From Chrysochromulina tobinii (taxonomy: Eukaryota): a stretch of DNA of 20,000 nt. This document shows positions 17,162-20,000 of the stretch, in pieces (within the stretch, counting starts at the first letter, position 1; the number at the start of each line of letters is the position of its first letter). The position numbers were made by a program, and so were the translations under genes. Below the pieces are notes generated by a model that worked only from the letters and a program-made list of their open reading frames with translations, was not told the DNA's origin and did no database searches. Location: positions 60,516 to 80,515 of the forward strand of contig JWZX01003118.1 in NCBI GenBank assembly GCA_001275005.1. The letters are read 5' to 3'.

Positions 17162-19864
17162 TTTCTTCTTTTGGCGCTTGTGCTTGTGCGAGGAGCCCTC
17201 TGCGGCGCCCGCCGCCTTCGCAGCCATGTGGGCGCACACGTACTGGAAGTTCCACTCCTTTGGCGCGACGTGCTTCTCCGAGACGAGCGACGTGTGCCCC
17301 GCCTCGCCCCAGTGATCGCAGAGAGCGAGAGCATGCCCGCCCTTCTTAACGGAGAGGAGAACGGGGAAGCAGTGATCGAGGCTGAGCGTGTAATGCTTAG
17401 CGATGGCAGTGGTGTCGTAGATAAGCGAGCCCAGCCGCATGTGCGTGGCGTCCGGCCAGGAGACGAGGTCCTTCTGGGAACCAGGTAGTTTCATGTCACC
17501 GCCGTCTTTGCCCCCCTCTTCGCCACCTTTGCCGCCGCCTTTTCCACCGCCTTTTCCCCCGCCTTCGCCGCCTTTGCCGCCGCCGCGACCTCCACTCGGC
17601 GTCGCCGGCGCCTCCAGTCGGACACCCACGAGCGAGCGAGGGGCTGATGGGGGCAGAAGGTTGGGGAATGCGCGGCGCATGGTGATCATCATCTTGCCAC
17701 CCGCGGTCTTCGACGAGAGCGCCTTGTCGTAGGGCCCGTCGAACGGGAGGTGGAAGTCCAGCTTAGCGACCATCGGCTCCGGGTGAGAGAGCATGCGTCC
17801 ATGCGTCTCGTCGCAGGCGAGGAGCGCCGCCTGGAACGACTCCTGGGCGTGCGGCAGCAGGGTTGAGATCTCCATCTCGCCCTGCTTACGGATCCAGCGT
17901 ACGTGCGCCAGCTGCCGCTCGAAGAGGGCGAGCAGAGTGTAACCCGCCTTCGACTCCGCCGCCCAGCCGGCCGCGAGCATCGTTGCCCGTACGAAGGGGA
18001 TAGTCTCTTCGAGCACCGACTCCACCGTGTACAACTGGTCGATCGGGCAATCACGAAAGGGCTCCGAGGCGTCTAGATTCATCAGCCCCAGAGCTCCGTG
18101 AGGGAGATTGAACCACGTGACCTCCGAGATCTTACCCTTGAAGAGATTCTCCGCTTGCTTCGCATCGAATAGCCAGCTGTCCCGGAGTTCTGGAATCTCG
18201 CCGGTCACGAGGTCAGTCGCCTGAGCGCGCCCAAAATAGCTGGGCAGCTCACTCAGGCAGAGCGTGAGGGAGGCGAACGCCACGTGCTTCGTGGTGAGGC
18301 ACGTTGGATTGGCAAAGAACCGTTGGATGATGGTGAGGCCCGAAAGCAGAGCCGTCTCCAAAGCGCTCGCACGCCCCTCGTTCGTGTCCAGGTCAAGATC
18401 AGCAATCTCTTCTGCCAGCGCCACGAAGCGGGGGTCCTCAAGGAGCGCCCGCTTGAGAGCCGCCTCGGTCACTCCACGCAAGGTGACCGCCGAGCGGCTT
18501 GCGTCGGGCGAATGAGAGCCCTCCTCTGCACCTCGTGCACTCGCGTTGCTCGCGGCCTTCCACTCCGCATCCTCGACCTTGAGCAGCTCGATGACCTCCG
18601 TGACCGAGAGGAGCTTGTTCCATGCTTGCGTAAGGAACGAAGCGTGCTTGAGGAGCATCGAGTCCAAAGTGCCGAGGCATTCGAATAGCGAGCAGCCCGC
18701 TCGGTAACCGAGTCCCAACGGGGCGAGGGCACGGATGGCCGAGACCTTCGCCGCGACCCCAGAGGCTCGACCAACGAAGTCATGGGCAGAAGGGTAGGCC
18801 CGCCCGATCAAATGGAGTCGAGCAGCCGTCACCGCGTCCTGCTTGGCTTGGTCACCCGAGAAAGAGATAGCGTCCACTAGCTCGCGTCCCAAGACAACCG
18901 TGTCAAAAGCATGCGTCCGTAACGCCACCGGCAGCAGCTCCAAAACCGAGGAGAAAGCCGGGAAGTGCCGGGCCAAAGCGGCATTGCCCAGCGTTGTTGC
19001 ATTGGAGTGCCCCAATGTCCCAGCTCGCAGGGAATCGGAGACCTCTCTGATCAACGAGTTTGGGTCAGCGCGGGCTAGCTGCGAGCAGCGGTCTGGTGCG
19101 ATCGCACCCATCCGAAGGAAAGCGAGCAACGGGAAGATCGAAGTCTCGTCCACGCGTGCGCTCGTTCTCACCAGAGAGAGCCATTCCAACTCGGCAGGAA
19201 AACCGGCTGCGACGCCTGCTCTGCCCGCCACCGCGGCAACGGCGAGGGTAGCGGGCCTAGCGACCACGGCCGGGATGGCGGCCACACCGCCGCGAGCGCG
19301 CACCCTTGCCCGCGCGACGATGGCGGCCACGGCGGCCACACCGGCGACGGCGACCACAGGCGGTATGGCGGCGGTCAAGAAAGGCGAGTGAATGACCAGC
19401 TCGCCCGGTCCAAGTAGAAAGGGTGAAGGTGCCGGGCAGCGCTGCAAGGCGATCTCCAGCACATCAAGATGAGCCTGGGAAGACCTGTAGACCTTATCGA
19501 ACACGCCCAGCCCTTCCTGAGCGTCAGCAAATCGAGCCAGCGCGCCTAGCGAAACCATCACGAGGAGCTCTGGCTGCCGCAGCATGGCATCAGCAGCCGC
19601 AGTGCCCCAGTCGAAATGCATAGGCGCCCCCAAGATGTATTGTAGAACCAAAGCCGGGGCTGCCACGTGCCCAGGAAACGTAGCCGAGACGTCGAGCCAT
19701 CCCAGCGTGGGGAACGCCCGGTAGACAGCGCAGCCCGTCGGGACACGCAGGTAGTCCAGCTCAGGTTCCGCCCCGAGAGGGGCGCATCGCACGAAGAGGT
19801 GAGGCACAGCCGGCAGAGCGAGAGGGACGATTGGCAGCACGGCAGGAGCCGCCAACGCAGCCAT
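17159..19864 (-). CDS. Retrotransposon ORF1 (gag-like, 901 aa)
   Basis: Long ORF starting 48 nt downstream of repeat A1 and preceding pol. C-terminus has a G/K-rich tract, a Cys/His cluster and a basic tail (HKHKRQKKK). The gag assignment is positional. Confidence 0.8.
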   Translation of the reverse strand: MAALAAPAVLPIVPLALPAVPHLFVRCAPLGAEPELDYLRVPTGCAVYRAFPTLGWLDVSATFPGHVAAPALVLQYILGAPMHFDWGTAAADAMLRQPELLVMVSLGALARFADAQEGLGVFDKVYRSSQAHLDVLEIALQRCPAPSPFLLGPGELVIHSPFLTAAIPPVVAVAGVAAVAAIVARARVRARGGVAAIPAVVARPATLAVAAVAGRAGVAAGFPAELEWLSLVRTSARVDETSIFPLLAFLRMGAIAPDRCSQLARADPNSLIREVSDSLRAGTLGHSNATTLGNAALARHFPAFSSVLELLPVALRTHAFDTVVLGRELVDAISFSGDQAKQDAVTAARLHLIGRAYPSAHDFVGRASGVAAKVSAIRALAPLGLGYRAGCSLFECLGTLDSMLLKHASFLTQAWNKLLSVTEVIELLKVEDAEWKAASNASARGAEEGSHSPDASRSAVTLRGVTEAALKRALLEDPRFVALAEEIADLDLDTNEGRASALETALLSGLTIIQRFFANPTCLTTKHVAFASLTLCLSELPSYFGRAQATDLVTGEIPELRDSWLFDAKQAENLFKGKISEVTWFNLPHGALGLMNLDASEPFRDCPIDQLYTVESVLEETIPFVRATMLAAGWAAESKAGYTLLALFERQLAHVRWIRKQGEMEISTLLPHAQESFQAALLACDETHGRMLSHPEPMVAKLDFHLPFDGPYDKALSSKTAGGKMMITMRRAFPNLLPPSAPRSLVGVRLEAPATPSGGRGGGKGGEGGGKGGGKGGGKGGEEGGKDGGDMKLPGSQKDLVSWPDATHMRLGSLIYDTTAIAKHYTLSLDHCFPVLLSVKKGGHALALCDHWGEAGHTSLVSEKHVAPKEWNFQYVCAHMAAKAAGAAEGSSHKHKRQKKK

Positions 19865-19912
19865 CTGTCCCAGAGCTCAAAGCGCAAAGCGCAGTTGTTT
19901 TCTGTTCCCAGT

Positions 19913-20000
19913 GCACGACAAACCGCGGCACCGAGCCGCTGAACAGGACACGAATGCGCGTCGCACTTCGTTGGGGTTACGTGACACGTGACGTCACCCA
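19913..20000. repeat. Split direct repeat A1 (partial, truncated by window end)
   Basis: 88/88 identical to 10771-10858. Confidence 0.95.

Larger units (their letters stand above)
10654..20000 (-). mobile_element. Tyrosine-recombinase retrotransposon (order DIRS; split-direct-repeat type like PAT/kangaroo/TOC/Ngaro); 5' end runs off the window
   Basis: Gag-like ORF plus an RT/RNase H/tyrosine recombinase ORF. Repeats are arranged A1-ORF1-ORF2-B1-A2-B2 in element orientation. No DDE integrase or aspartic protease motif was seen. Confidence 0.93.

Noticed and set aside
1085..19942. Numerous overlapping or antisense ORFs of 60-340 aa
   Set aside because: They are R/A/P/G-rich shadow frames expected in high-GC coding DNA, with no recognisable motifs.
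10654..20000. LTR retrotransposon, prophage or bacterial retron/DGR interpretation
   Set aside because: The repeats are split rather than LTRs, no DDE integrase or protease was seen, RT-RNase H-YR is diagnostic of the DIRS order, and the context is eukaryotic.

Overview
GC-rich eukaryotic genomic DNA with few introns; an alga or protist such as a haptophyte is plausible, but that is inference only. Bases 1-10 kb hold host genes: the acidic tail of an upstream gene, a small two-TM protein with a transit-peptide-like N-terminus, a two-exon P5A-type ATPase (Spf1/ATP13A1 family) whose intron is filled by a 10-bp minisatellite, and a divergently transcribed 8-EF-hand protein. From 10654 to the window end lies an apparently intact, young tyrosine-recombinase retrotransposon (order DIRS) on the minus strand. 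It has PAT/Ngaro/kangaroo-type split direct repeats (A1-ORFs-B1-A2-B2), a 901-aa gag-like ORF1 and one long ORF carrying RT, RNase H and tyrosine recombinase. The most notable observation is that ORF1 and ORF2 are in the same frame, separated by a single UGA. That UGA is followed by an 8-nt spacer and a GC-rich hairpin, which suggests programmed stop-codon readthrough (or recoding) to a ~2850-aa polyprotein. The 3' region also contains a long antisense-favoured fold-back complementary to the element end and the B1/A2 junction, a 20-bp perfect palindrome, and a SECIS-core/kink-turn-like hairpin.
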